Shown one piece after another: positions 49,491 through 59,562 of a stretch of DNA of 64,000 nt. This stretch comes from an uncultured Gemmatimonadales bacterium (lineage in GTDB: Bacteria; Gemmatimonadota; Gemmatimonadetes; Gemmatimonadales; Gemmatimonadaceae): the NCBI GenBank assembly GCA_963701965.1, contig OY969695.1:4192001-4256000 (forward strand), written 5' to 3'. Below the pieces are notes generated by a model. That model was not told where the DNA came from. It ran no database searches and saw only the letters and a list, made by a program, of their open reading frames with translations. Both the position numbers and the translations under genes were made by a program. Positions within the stretch are counted from its first letter, which is position 1. Each line of letters begins with the position of its first letter.

Positions 49491-50978
49491 ATGACACTCT
49501 CTTCACACGCTCATCGCATCGCCACGCTCGGCATCATCGCGAGCCTGGCCGGTTTCGCCGGTGCGTGCAACACGAACCCGGTGGCGAATCTCAATCAGGT
49601 CGAGGCGGGCACATCGCCCTCCGGGTATCAAGCGCGCTTCCTCGGCATGCTGTACTTCCAGCGGCAAGACTTCGGGGATCGCGTCATCATGTTTAGCGCG
49701 TTCTCTCGGGACGGCGGTAATTTCACGACGACGGAAAAACGGTTCATCACCGAATGGCTCGGCGACGGAGCGGGCATCGAGGACGGCACGTTCTTCGGGG
49801 GCTCCAGCGAGGAATCCCAGCTGTCGTCGATCCGCCAGTCGGAGCAAATCCTTGCCGATCTGCCGAAAGCCGTGCCGGCGTATTCGGCAAGCGACATCGC
49901 CAAGTGGAAAGGGCTGATCTACACGATCGATGCCCTCGGGTATATGAACGTCGCGGTGCCCCACGACACGGTCGGATTCCCTATGGCGTCGGCAACAACG
50001 ACGACGCCGTCGATTCAGACGCCGATCCTGTGCACAAAGAACGTCTGGCAGCAGATCGTCGCGCTACTGGACTCGGGGTTCACGCAACTCAACGCCGATC
50101 AGAGTCCGGGACTACCGATCACGCTGCCGCCGGGATTCTCACTGGTCAGTGCCCAGGCGAGCCCGAGCACGAAGATCGGTTCGTTCGCGGCGCTCAATCG
50201 CGCCCTGGCCGCGCGCGCCAACCTCGAGCTGGCCTACGCGATCGCGCGGTCGCCAGGTGGAACGCCGCCGACCCCGACATCGCCCGGGGCTCCGGATCAT
50301 GCGGCACTGATCCGCGCCGACAGCGCGCTGCACGCGTCGGCGCTGTACTCGGCAACGAATCTGGCGCCGCCTGCCGCCGGTGCATTCAACAATGCGCTCG
50401 CGGTCTACCAGGATTTCTCGGGCCAGTCCGGCGATCTCCCGAATTTGTTCCTGCAACAATACCAAACGACGTTCTACATCCTCAACGAGGCGATGGCCGA
50501 CATCGATCCGGCCGATAAACGGTTAGTGAAAATCATACCCGCCGCCGGGCCGGCTGGTACCCCGTTCTCCTCGGTGGCCTCGGCGAACACGATTGGGATG
50601 TATCCCTCGGCGGACAGTCATATGCCGATCATCCGTAACGAGGAGCTCAACCTCTTCGAGGCGCAGATTCGACTCGGACTGGGTGATATCCCCGGTGCGA
50701 TCAATGCGATCAATGCGGTGCGGGTGCAGGTCGGCGGATTGCCGGCCCTGTCGGCGGCCGGACAGACCTACGTGTCCGTGCGCAATCAGATTCTCAAAGA
50801 GCTCCGGGCGTCGACGATCGGCGAGACGAATGGCGATCGGGTCGCCGCCATCCGGGACTACGGCTTGCCCGCCCTCGCGGACACGACGTGGGGCAAGGTC
50901 GACACCCACGCCACGGTCATGACGCTCGCTGCCAATGATGTGGAGGGGCGCGCGAGTTCGAATTACACCTGTCACTAA
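49491..50978 (+). CDS. SusD/RagB-family nutrient-binding lipoprotein
   Basis: FAGAC lipobox; PIIRNEELNLFEAQ, AINAINAVR and ILKELR...GDR motifs; directly follows SusC. Confidence 0.88.
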   Translation: MTLSSHAHRIATLGIIASLAGFAGACNTNPVANLNQVEAGTSPSGYQARFLGMLYFQRQDFGDRVIMFSAFSRDGGNFTTTEKRFITEWLGDGAGIEDGTFFGGSSEESQLSSIRQSEQILADLPKAVPAYSASDIAKWKGLIYTIDALGYMNVAVPHDTVGFPMASATTTTPSIQTPILCTKNVWQQIVALLDSGFTQLNADQSPGLPITLPPGFSLVSAQASPSTKIGSFAALNRALAARANLELAYAIARSPGGTPPTPTSPGAPDHAALIRADSALHASALYSATNLAPPAAGAFNNALAVYQDFSGQSGDLPNLFLQQYQTTFYILNEAMADIDPADKRLVKIIPAAGPAGTPFSSVASANTIGMYPSADSHMPIIRNEELNLFEAQIRLGLGDIPGAINAINAVRVQVGGLPALSAAGQTYVSVRNQILKELRASTIGETNGDRVAAIRDYGLPALADTTWGKVDTHATVMTLAANDVEGRASSNYTCH

Positions 50979-51012
50979 CCCGCCGGAATCGTCCCGGCGC
51001 GACACGACACAC

Positions 51013-51050
51013 CACAACGGCCCTGGGTCTCTCCGACCAGGGCCGTTGTG
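51013..51050. terminator. Strong hairpin between convergent susD-like and SDR genes
   Basis: Perfect 14-bp stem CACAACGGCCCTGG/CCAGGGCCGTTGTG with a 10-nt loop. Confidence 0.75.
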
Positions 51051-51064
51051 CTTCACCACGAGGG

Positions 51065-51787
51065 CTACCACCGGCCCGTGTGCGCGCCGGCGTCCACGTG
51101 GAGCACCTCCCCCGTCACCTGACTCGCTTCCGTCAGATACACTACCGCCTCGGCGATATCCTGTACGTCGGCGATTTGGCCCATGGGGGAGAGGGTCTTG
51201 AGGAACTCCTTGGGATCGTCCTTGTGCAGCGGCGTATCGACCATCCCGGGCGCAACCGCATTCACACGAATGCCTGCCTTGGCGTATTCCAGCGCCAGAC
51301 TGCGCGTGATGGCTTCCAGGCCGCCTTTCGTAATCATCGCCACGGACGCGTTCATCCCGACGATCGGGTTGACGACCATGGATGTCGTAATGCTCACGAT
51401 ACTGCCACCGGACCCCTGGGCCACCATTTGCTTGATGGCCAGTTGACTGATGTAGATAAACCCCTCGAGGTTCGTGGCAACCAACGCGGCGAAGTCCTCG
51501 GCGGTGTAGTCGGTAAACGGCTTGGTGACGAAGATGCCCGCATTGTTGACCAGGGCGTCGATCGATCCGAACCGGCGGATAGCGGTGTCGGCAATCCTGG
51601 CTGCGGTCGCGGCCTCACCGATGTCGCCATCGACCAGCGCCAGCCGATCGGATGGCGCGAACGTTTGCGATTTAGTCAGCGTGCGTGAGTTCGCGACAAG
51701 GTTGTAGTCGCGATCCAGAAATGCCCGCACCACCGCGGCGCCGATGCCCTGCGACGCTCCGGTGACGATAACGGTCTTTGGCTTCAC
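51065..51787 (-). CDS. SDR oxidoreductase (atypical, lacks the Tyr of YxxxK)
   Basis: VTGASQGIG, LVNNAG, ASVAMITKGG and VNAVAPG motifs. Confidence 0.9.
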   Translation of the reverse strand: MKPKTVIVTGASQGIGAAVVRAFLDRDYNLVANSRTLTKSQTFAPSDRLALVDGDIGEAATAARIADTAIRRFGSIDALVNNAGIFVTKPFTDYTAEDFAALVATNLEGFIYISQLAIKQMVAQGSGGSIVSITTSMVVNPIVGMNASVAMITKGGLEAITRSLALEYAKAGIRVNAVAPGMVDTPLHKDDPKEFLKTLSPMGQIADVQDIAEAVVYLTEASQVTGEVLHVDAGAHTGRW

Positions 51788-51803
51788 ATCGACTCCATAG
51801 GAT

Positions 51804-52271
51804 TTACCTCGAATTCACCTCGAAAATGACCTCCAGCTCGACGGGGGTGCCAAGCGGAAGACTCGCGACGCCATAGACCAAGCGGCACGGGCTCTTGTCT
51901 GGTCCGAACACATCGCGCAGGAGCTCCGACGCCGCGTCAGCGACCTTGGGTTGATCGCGGACGTCGCCCGACGTGGCGACCGATACGCCGAGTCGGACGA
52001 TCCGGGTGACGCGGTCGAGCGATCCCAGGTGCTGCCTCGCGACGGCGAGAACGTTGAGCGCCGCGAGGTACGCCGCCTGGCGGGCCGCGTCCACATCGAG
52101 CTCGGCGCCGAGGCGGCCCGTGAACTTGGCCTGGCGGCCTTCCGTCGGGAGCATCCCGCTCAGAAAGAGCAGGTTGCCGGTCTGTACGGCTTCGACATAG
52201 GTGCCGAATGGCTCAGGCGGCTTCGGGAGCGTCAGCCCCAGCTCCTTTAATCGCTCCTCGGCATCGTTCAT
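51804..52271 (-). CDS. RidA/YjgF family protein
   Basis: GNLLFLSGMLP, VADAASELL..VFG and GVASLPLGTPVELE motifs. Confidence 0.9.
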   Translation of the reverse strand: MNDAEERLKELGLTLPKPPEPFGTYVEAVQTGNLLFLSGMLPTEGRQAKFTGRLGAELDVDAARQAAYLAALNVLAVARQHLGSLDRVTRIVRLGVSVATSGDVRDQPKVADAASELLRDVFGPDKSPCRLVYGVASLPLGTPVELEVIFEVNSR

Positions 52272-52307
52272 GTGCGCAACGTGCGCGGGGCACGGAATCC
52301 CAAACCA

Positions 52308-52347
52308 CTACACGATAGTATCGGCGGGCACTGATACTAAAGTATGG
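52308..52347. promoter_or_regulatory. Two GATACYAWMGTRYRG boxes in opposite orientation in a divergent promoter region
   Basis: 52308-52322 on the minus strand reads GATACTATCGTGTAG; 52333-52347 on the plus strand reads GATACTAAAGTATGG. A third copy is at 55075. Confidence 0.6.
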
Positions 52348-52405
52348 TCCGTCTTCGCCGCGGCCGGGCGTATTCTAATGTTGGCGGCATTGTCCTGGGG
52401 GCCTG

Positions 52406-54070
52406 GTGGACATGGAACTGAGCGGTGGTGAATCAGGGATGTTTTCGAGCGCGTCCATGCTCAACATCCTCAAGCTGATTTTCGCCGGCGCCCCTCTCGC
52501 CGAGGTACTGAGCATCATCGTGCGATTGGTGGAAGCGCAAGGCGATGGCATGTTGAACACCATCTTTCTTCTCGACAAGGATGGAAAAGGGGTCCGCTGC
52601 GCCACGGCGCCAAGCCTTCCCGGATTCATCCCCGCGGTAGGTCGCATTCCGGTCGGCCAGCAATGCGCGTCGTGTGGGACGGCGATTTATCGCCGGGCGC
52701 CGGTCTACGCGACCGACATCATGACGGATCCCCTCTGGGACGACTACCGTCACCTGCTGGTGCCGTTTGGTCTCCGCGCGGTCTGGGCACGGCCTCTCTT
52801 GTCGAGCGAAGGGAAAGTGCTCGGTACCTTCGCCACCTATTACCGCGACGTGCGGAGCCCGAGCCCGACCGACCTGCGGCTGATCGAAAATGCCAGTCAC
52901 ATTGCTGGCATCGCGATCGAGCGCCATCTATATGAGGAACAGCTGTCGCGCAGTGAGACGTTTCTGGCCGAGGCCCAACGTCTCAGCTCCACCGGCAGCT
53001 TTTGTTGGAAAACGGGGACCGACGAAATCACCTGGTCGGACGAGGTCTATCGCATCTTCGAGTTCGATCGCGATACGCCCGTGACGGTCGAACGGATCGC
53101 CGATCGCATCCATCCTGCGGATCTGCCGGAGTTCAGACAGCAGGTCGAGCGATTCCGCCGGGACGGCGGCGATATGGTCTACGACCACCGACTCGAGATG
53201 GCCGATCGCTCGGTCAAATATCTGCACCTTGTCGCCCATGGGACCCGCAACGACCGTGGGCATTGGGAGTATGTCGGCGCGATCCAGGATTTCACGCAGC
53301 GCCGCCTGTCGGAGCAAGCGCTCAGCAAGGTCCAATCGGAGCTGGCCCACGTGGCCAGGGTGACGAGCCTTGGACTGCTGACGGCATCGATCGCGCATGA
53401 AGTGAACCAGCCGTTGTCGGGCATCATCACCAATGCCTCGACTGGCCTCAGAATGCTGGCCGCGGATCCGCCGAACGTCGACGGCGCCCGCGACACCCTG
53501 CGGCGCACGCTGCGCGATGGCAACCGCGCGTCCGATGTGATCACCCGATTGCGGGCGCTGTTCAGCAAGAAGGAGACGACGGTCGAATTGGTGGATGTGA
53601 ACGAGGCGATTCGCGAGGTGGTGGCGTTGTCGTTGAGCAACCTGCACCGGGACCGGGTCACCCTGCGGTTGGAGCTCGCCGACCGCCTTCCCTCGGTGAC
53701 GGGCGACCGCGTCCAGCTGCAGCAGGTCATCCTCAACCTGCTCCTCAATGCCGCCGATGCGATGTCCCAGGTCGACGATCGCCCAAGGGACCTGACGATC
53801 AGAACCGCGGGAGAGGAAGGCGATCAGGTGCGCGTCACGGTGCGGGATACGGGGATAGGTATCGCCTCCCACGATCTCGAGCGGCTGTTCGAGGCGTTCT
53901 ACACGACGAAAACCGACGGGATGGGGATGGGGCTGTCCGTGAGTCGGGCCATTATCGAGCAGCACTGCGGCCGCATGTGGGCGACGCCCAATGACGGCCC
54001 GGGTGCCACGTTTGGTTTGTCTCTGCCGACCGCGATGTCCGCACTCCCGCCGGAGTATTGTGATGATTGA
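52406..54070 (+). CDS. Cytoplasmic GAF-PAS sensor histidine kinase (NodV/FixL-like); start uncertain
   Basis: GAF (SCGTA), PAS (IHPAD), ASIAHEVNQPL H-box, QQVILNLLLNA, DTGIG, FYTTK and GMGL motifs. Confidence 0.93.
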   Translation: MDMELSGGESGMFSSASMLNILKLIFAGAPLAEVLSIIVRLVEAQGDGMLNTIFLLDKDGKGVRCATAPSLPGFIPAVGRIPVGQQCASCGTAIYRRAPVYATDIMTDPLWDDYRHLLVPFGLRAVWARPLLSSEGKVLGTFATYYRDVRSPSPTDLRLIENASHIAGIAIERHLYEEQLSRSETFLAEAQRLSSTGSFCWKTGTDEITWSDEVYRIFEFDRDTPVTVERIADRIHPADLPEFRQQVERFRRDGGDMVYDHRLEMADRSVKYLHLVAHGTRNDRGHWEYVGAIQDFTQRRLSEQALSKVQSELAHVARVTSLGLLTASIAHEVNQPLSGIITNASTGLRMLAADPPNVDGARDTLRRTLRDGNRASDVITRLRALFSKKETTVELVDVNEAIREVVALSLSNLHRDRVTLRLELADRLPSVTGDRVQLQQVILNLLLNAADAMSQVDDRPRDLTIRTAGEEGDQVRVTVRDTGIGIASHDLERLFEAFYTTKTDGMGMGLSVSRAIIEQHCGRMWATPNDGPGATFGLSLPTAMSALPPEYCDD

Positions 54071-54434
54071 CCCGTCGGTCGCAACACTGATCACCGTCGT
54101 CGATGACGACGAGTCCGTGCGCGAGTCGCTGCCGGAATTGCTGCAGCAATACGGCTTTGCGACGCAGGCCTTCGCGTCAGCCGAGGCGTTCCTGGCGTCG
54201 GAATATGTCGACCGGACCCAGTGTCTCATTCTCGACATCGCCATGCCGCGTATGACCGGGCCGGCGCTCCAGCGGGAGCTCGTGCGGCGCCGGCAAGCCA
54301 TGCCGATCGTTTTCATCACGGCGCATGCCGATTTTCCCGCGCTCTCGGATGCAGACGCCGCGCGCTGCCTGCTCAAGCCATTCAGCGAGGCGTCCTTGCT
54401 GGACGCGGTCAACGCCGCGTTACGTGCGAGCTGA
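54063..54434 (+). CDS. Single-domain response regulator
   Basis: VVDDDESVR, LDIAMP, FITAH and LLKPF motifs. Confidence 0.9.
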   Translation: MIDPSVATLITVVDDDESVRESLPELLQQYGFATQAFASAEAFLASEYVDRTQCLILDIAMPRMTGPALQRELVRRRQAMPIVFITAHADFPALSDADAARCLLKPFSEASLLDAVNAALRAS

Positions 54435-54446
54435 TCCCCAAGACCA

Positions 54447-55076
54447 ATGCCACACGCCACGCCGATCGTGTTCGTCGTCAATGACGATGTCTCGGTGCGC
54501 GAGTCGCTCGAAGCGCTGATCCGATGCGCCGGCTGGAAAGTCGAGACATTCGCGTCCGCCGGAGCGTTTCTCGCCCGCGCCCGTGTCAATGTGCCGAACT
54601 GCCTGGTCCTCAATGTCTCGCTGCCGGACATCAGTGGCCTCGACCTCCAGACGTGCGTCGCCGGCCATCGCCTCGAGACCCCCATCATCTTCATTACAGG
54701 GCACGGCGACGTGCCGATGACCGTCCGGGCAATGAAGGCTGGGGCGATCGAGTTCCTGACCAAGCCGTTCGGCGATGAGGTATTGCTCGACGCGATCCGG
54801 GTGTGTGTCGAGCGCAGTCGCGGCGCGCTGGAGGAGGAGGCGGGACGACGAGCGCTGCGCGCCTGCTACGGCGCGCTGACGAGTCGCGAGCGGGAGGTCA
54901 TGACTCTGGTCGTCTCGGGCCTCATGAACAAACAGATCGCCCTCGAGCTCGGCATCAGTGAGATCACGGTGAAGTGGCACCGGGGAAGCGTGATGCGAAA
55001 GATGAAGGCGGACTCTCTCGCCGACTTGGTGCGCAGGGCCGCGGCACTCGACATCGCCCTCGTCACACCCGAGTGA
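54447..55076 (+). CDS. FixJ/NodW/StyR-type response regulator (REC + LuxR HTH)
   Basis: FITGHGDVPMTVRAMKAGA, LTKPF and LTSREREV...NKQIA..LGISEITVK motifs. Two expected Asp residues read as Asn (see findings). Confidence 0.92.
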   Translation: MPHATPIVFVVNDDVSVRESLEALIRCAGWKVETFASAGAFLARARVNVPNCLVLNVSLPDISGLDLQTCVAGHRLETPIIFITGHGDVPMTVRAMKAGAIEFLTKPFGDEVLLDAIRVCVERSRGALEEEAGRRALRACYGALTSREREVMTLVVSGLMNKQIALELGISEITVKWHRGSVMRKMKADSLADLVRRAAALDIALVTPE

Positions 55077-55089
55077 TACCAACGTACAG
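55075..55089 (+). promoter_or_regulatory. Third GATACYAWMGTRYRG box, upstream of the catalase-like gene
   Basis: GATACCAACGTACAG. Confidence 0.55.
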
Positions 55090-55124
55090 TAGCCTCGCGG
55101 TGGCGTGCCGCTTTAGTTCTGCTC

Positions 55125-56150
55125 ATGATTATGAAGCAATGCATCCTGCCCGCCCTTCTCGTGGCGATGCCTGCGTTGTCGCAGGCGCCGGCGACGCCGG
55201 CGAAAAGTCTCCCGCAGCATATTGCCGATGACTTCATCGCGTTAGCCGAGGGCGCCCACCCCGGCTATCGCATCGCGCACGCCAAGGGCATCGTCGTGAC
55301 GGGGACGTTCACGCCCGCGCCCGGCGCGACGTCGCTGAGCCGCGCGCCTCACCTCTCGGTGGCATCTACCCCGGTCGTCGCCCGCTATTCGAACGCCAGC
55401 GGCCTGCCGACCGTCGCCGACAACGATCCCCACGCGACGATCCGCGGTCTCGCGCTGCGCTTCCAGTTGCCGAACGGCGCTTTCACGGACATCGTCGCGA
55501 ACTCGCACAACGGCTTCGCCGTCGGTACCGGCGAAGACTTCGCCGCATTCCTCGACGCGGTACTCGCCACCAAGCCCGATAGCAAGCACCCATCGCCGAT
55601 CGAGGCATTCCTCGGCGCCCATCCGGCCGCCCGGAGGTTCGTGACCGACCCCGCGCCGGTGCCGGTCAGCTATGGCTCGGAGGAGTACTATGGCAACGAC
55701 GCGTTCATCTTCGTCAACGCGCAAAACGTGAAACAGGCCGGCCGCTACCGGCTTGTCCCTGTCGGCGGCGCAAAACACCTGGACTCGGCCGCCGCGGCCA
55801 AGGTGCCGGCCAACTACCTCGAAGACGAGATCGCGCGCCGGCTGGCGAAGGAGCCGATCAAGATTCGCGTGCTCGTGCAACTCCCAGGGGCGGGCGACCC
55901 GACGTCTGATGCCTCGGTGGTCTGGCCGGACGACCGCAAGCTCGTGGAGCTTGGCGTCGTCACGCTCACGACTGTCGCTCCGGACAACGCCGAGACGCAG
56001 CGGAAGCTCCAATTCAATCCGGTCTACCTGTGTGATGGGGTTCAGCTTTCCGATGACCCATTGCCGGCGCTTCGGTCCGCCGTGTACGCGTTGTCGGTCC
56101 AACACCGCGTGAACGTGACGGTGGCCAAACCTTCAACGAAAGGGGAATGA
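55125..56150 (+). CDS. Catalase-related peroxidase (SrpA-like), secreted
   Basis: HPGYRIAHAKG, ARYS, RGLALRF and SDDP...RSAVY..S motifs; signal peptide. Confidence 0.9.
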   Translation: MIMKQCILPALLVAMPALSQAPATPAKSLPQHIADDFIALAEGAHPGYRIAHAKGIVVTGTFTPAPGATSLSRAPHLSVASTPVVARYSNASGLPTVADNDPHATIRGLALRFQLPNGAFTDIVANSHNGFAVGTGEDFAAFLDAVLATKPDSKHPSPIEAFLGAHPAARRFVTDPAPVPVSYGSEEYYGNDAFIFVNAQNVKQAGRYRLVPVGGAKHLDSAAAAKVPANYLEDEIARRLAKEPIKIRVLVQLPGAGDPTSDASVVWPDDRKLVELGVVTLTTVAPDNAETQRKLQFNPVYLCDGVQLSDDPLPALRSAVYALSVQHRVNVTVAKPSTKGE

Positions 56151-56154
56151 TCCC

Positions 56155-57000
56155 ATGGGCATCGCCATTGCGCGCGAATCAGGGAACGTCGTCACCGTGG
56201 GACGCGAGAACTCCACCCCGATCGACCTGTACTACGAAGATCACGGCACCGGCAAGCCCGTGATTCTGATCCATGGTTATCCGCTGAGCGGCGCGTCATG
56301 GGAAAAGCAGGTGCCGGCGCTGCTGGCCGCGGGCCACCGCGTCATTACCTACGATCGCCGCGGCTTCGGGAAATCGAGCCAACCAACGGTTGGTTACGAC
56401 TACGACACGTTCGCCGACGACTTGCGCATGCTCATCACCCAGCTGGACCTGAGCGACGTGGCACTCGTGGGTTTCTCCATGGGTGGCGGCGAAGTCGCCC
56501 GCTACCTCGGCAAGTACGGCTCGGACGGAGTGCGCCGAGCCGGCATCATCGCCGGCGTGACGCCGTATTTGCTCGAGAGCGTGCCGCAGGCCGTCTTCGA
56601 CGGCCTCGAAGCCGCGGCCACCGCCGACCGGTACGCGTTCTTCTCGGAATTCTTCAAGAACTTCTATAACACCGACGTTCTGCTGGGGAAGCGCGTCAGC
56701 CCGGAGGCGGTGCAGGCGAGCATGGCGGTCGCGAGCCGAAGCTCGGCGTTCGCGACGACGGCTTGTATCCGGACGTGGTATACGGATTTTCGTGCGGATC
56801 TGGCGCGGGTCGACATCCCGGCACTCATCATGCACGGTGACCAGGATCGGATTGTGCCGATCGCCGTCGCTGGCGCCAAGAGCGCCCAGCTCATCAAGGG
56901 TGCAAAGTACGTGGTCGTCAAGGACGGCCCCCACAATATCGCGTGGACTCATGCGGACGTCGTCAACCCCGAGCTGGTCGCCTTCCTGAGCGGAGACTGA
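56155..57000 (+). CDS. Alpha/beta hydrolase, non-heme haloperoxidase/perhydrolase type
   Basis: YYEDHGTG, IHGYPL, YDRRGFG, GFSMG, HGDQD and GPH motifs. Confidence 0.92.
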   Translation: MGIAIARESGNVVTVGRENSTPIDLYYEDHGTGKPVILIHGYPLSGASWEKQVPALLAAGHRVITYDRRGFGKSSQPTVGYDYDTFADDLRMLITQLDLSDVALVGFSMGGGEVARYLGKYGSDGVRRAGIIAGVTPYLLESVPQAVFDGLEAAATADRYAFFSEFFKNFYNTDVLLGKRVSPEAVQASMAVASRSSAFATTACIRTWYTDFRADLARVDIPALIMHGDQDRIVPIAVAGAKSAQLIKGAKYVVVKDGPHNIAWTHADVVNPELVAFLSGD

Positions 57001-57007
57001 GGGATTC

Positions 57008-57985
57008 ATGTCGCACCACTACTCGGGTCCTGACTTCGGCTTCCCGCACGGGGACGCTCGTCTCGATTTCACCGATCTCTATGCGTTCCCCAAGCCGGAC
57101 GATGCCGCGAAATCGATCCTGATCATGAATGTGCACCCGTCGGTCGGCGTGAATCCAACGGGTCCGACGACACCAGTGCCGTTCGCGCCCGAGGCCCTGT
57201 ACGAGCTCAGGATCGACTTGGACGGCAATGCGGTCCCCGATCTTACGTACCAGATCCGTTTCTCAGCCTCCAACGACGGAACACAGATCGGGACCGTACG
57301 CCGCATCACCGGCGCTCTGGCGGCCGGGGCCAGCGACGCCGGCGCGGTGATTGTCGCGCGGGCCCCCGTGTCGACGGGATCGGAGTCGCACGTGACGAAA
57401 TCCGGCGATTACCGGTTCTTCGCCGGATGGCGGAGCGATCCGTTCTTCTTCGATGTCGAGGGTGCGCTCAGCCAGCATTTCACCGGTGCGGATTTCTTCG
57501 GTGACAAGGACATTTGTGGCATCGTCCTGGAGGTCCCGAATGCCGACCTCGGGTCGGGTCCCGTCGGAGTATGGGCTCGCACGTTGGTGAGTGACGCAGG
57601 GAAATGGGTGTAAGTAGACCGCGGGGCTCGGCCCCAACAGGAACCCTTTCTCGCCGGCGATGAGAAGGCGGCCTACCTCGCGGGCGAGCCGGCGGACGAT
57701 GCGCGCTTCGTCGCCGTGTTCGCGCACTCTTTGGAACACTCGGGTGGGCGCACCCCGGAGGACGCGACCCGCGTAGCCCGCACGCTGCTGCCCGACATCC
57801 CGACCTATGATCCCAAGCGTCCGGCTTCGTTTCCCAACAACGGTCGGAGCCTCACCGACGATGTCGTGGACGTGTTCTTTGCGATCTTCTCCAACGGAAA
57901 AGTGACGCGCGACGAGGTCGGGCCGCACACGGACTTGCTCAGCACGTTCCCGTATCTCGGGCCGCCGCACATACCGGTCCGCTAA
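57008..57985 (+). CDS. DUF4331-like protein with an in-frame TAA at 57611-57613
   Basis: MSHH...DFTDLYAF, RSDPFFFD, KWV*VDRGARP, LLPDI and NNGRSLTDDV, all in one frame to TAA 57985. Confidence 0.8.
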
Positions 57986-58021
57986 AGCCGGGCAACTCTA
58001 GTGAGCGCGGCCGTTCTCGGG

Positions 58022-59023
58022 TCAACACTCTTTCGCGTCGACAAACGGCATCATCCGGCGGAGTCTCTTGCCGATGCGCTCGATCGGATGCTCCACGTCG
58101 CGCGAACGCCAGTCGGTGAAGCTTACGCGTCCGCTCTCATTTTCAGCCATCCAACGCCGGGCAAACGCGCCACTCTGGATGTCGGCCAAGAGCGCCCGCA
58201 TGACGGCACGCGTCTCGTCGCCGACGATGCGCGGCCCCGCGGTGTAGTCACCGTATTCGGCGGTGTCCGATACCGAGTATCGCATGTAGCTGAGGCCCCC
58301 CTGGTACATGAGATCGACGATGAGCTTGAGCTCGTGGAGGCACTCGAAGTAGGCGATTTCGGGCTGATAGCCGGCGTCGACGAGGGTCTCGAAGCCGGCT
58401 TTGACCAATGCGGCCACGCCGCCACAGAGTACGGCCTGCTCGCCGAACAGATCGGTCTCGGTTTCCTCGGCGAACGTCGTCTCGATCACACCGGCGCGCG
58501 TGCACCCGATGCCCTTGGCATAGGCCAGAGCGTCTCTCAGGGCCTGACCGGACGCGTCCTGATGCACGGCGACGAGCGCGGGCACCCCGCCGCCCTGCAC
58601 GAACACTTCGCGGACGCGGTGTCCGGGCGCCTTGGGCGCGACCATGCTCACGTCGACGCCGTCCGGTGCCGCGATCTGGCCGTACCGGACGCTGAACCCG
58701 TGGGCGAACATCAACGTCTTGCCGGGCGCGAGCGCGGGCGCGACCTCGGCGTCATAGAGGCTCCGCTGGCTGTGGTCCGGCGCGAGGATCATAATGAGCT
58801 GCGCCTCGCGCGCCGCCTCGCCCGCGGACAAGACGCGGAGTCCCTGGTCGGTCGCTCTCCGTCGGCTCGCTGACGCGACCGGGAGACCGACGCGGACATC
58901 GAGGCCGTTATCCCGCAGGTTGAGGGCGTGGGCATGCCCCTGGCTGCCGTACCCGATGATGGCAATCGGCCGGCCAGCGAGTCGGTTCAGGTCGGCTTGG
59001 GGCTCGTAGTAAAGTGTCGCCAT
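58022..59023 (-). CDS. ilvC: Ketol-acid reductoisomerase
   Basis: [40 protein letters not shown] and SDTAEYG motifs. Confidence 0.97.
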   Translation of the reverse strand: MATLYYEPQADLNRLAGRPIAIIGYGSQGHAHALNLRDNGLDVRVGLPVASASRRRATDQGLRVLSAGEAAREAQLIMILAPDHSQRSLYDAEVAPALAPGKTLMFAHGFSVRYGQIAAPDGVDVSMVAPKAPGHRVREVFVQGGGVPALVAVHQDASGQALRDALAYAKGIGCTRAGVIETTFAEETETDLFGEQAVLCGGVAALVKAGFETLVDAGYQPEIAYFECLHELKLIVDLMYQGGLSYMRYSVSDTAEYGDYTAGPRIVGDETRAVMRALLADIQSGAFARRWMAENESGRVSFTDWRSRDVEHPIERIGKRLRRMMPFVDAKEC

Positions 59024-59027
59024 TGCC

Positions 59028-59552
59028 TTAGTAGCCCACCCCGTCGGCTTGGGCCGCCCAAGAGCGATCCGTTCGGATCGTCAGTGCGGTCCCTCGCAGC
59101 ATGGTGATACGACCGGTTCGGATCATCTCGGTGATCCCGATCGGGCGCACGAGCCCCACGAACCGTTCGATCGCCTCCGGTGTGTCGGTCAGCTCGAGCA
59201 CGGCGCTCGCCGTCCCGATGTCGACGATCCGCGCGCGGTGCGCGGTGGCGAGCGCGATCAGTGGGGCGCGCGTCGCCGCGGTGGCGTGCACCTTGATGAG
59301 TAGCGTCTCGCGATCGACGGTCGTGTCCTGGGTCACGTCCTGCACATTCAGCACCTCGATTAATCGGTTGAGCTGCTTGACGACCTGCGCCACGTCGGCA
59401 TCGACGACGAGAGTCAAGCGACTGACATCGGGGATCCCGCATGGACCGACGGTGAGGCTGGCAATGTTGTAGCCCCTCCGGCGAAAGAGACTCACGATGC
59501 GGTGCAGCACCCCGGGGTGATCCCGGACCAGCGCGATTATGGTGTGAACCAT
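59028..59552 (-). CDS. ilvN: Acetolactate synthase small subunit
   Basis: ATG 59552; [33 protein letters not shown] and RTG motifs. Confidence 0.95.
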   Translation of the reverse strand: MVHTIIALVRDHPGVLHRIVSLFRRRGYNIASLTVGPCGIPDVSRLTLVVDADVAQVVKQLNRLIEVLNVQDVTQDTTVDRETLLIKVHATAATRAPLIALATAHRARIVDIGTASAVLELTDTPEAIERFVGLVRPIGITEMIRTGRITMLRGTALTIRTDRSWAAQADGVGY

Positions 59553-59562
59553 GGGGATCGTC

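Noticed and set aside
54447..55076. Pseudo-receiver regulator lacking the phospho-acceptor Asp (LVLNV, VVNDD)
   Set aside because: Both changes are GATG to AATG, the context of most other lesions here, so probably miscalls. Needs read-level confirmation before any biological claim.
31085..57613. TAA reassigned to Gln (two in-frame TAA where Gln fits)
   Set aside because: TAA is a normal stop in several genes here (22208, 46444, 50978, 57985). The 31085 case fits the CATC artefact; the 57611 case is a single error or real nonsense mutation.
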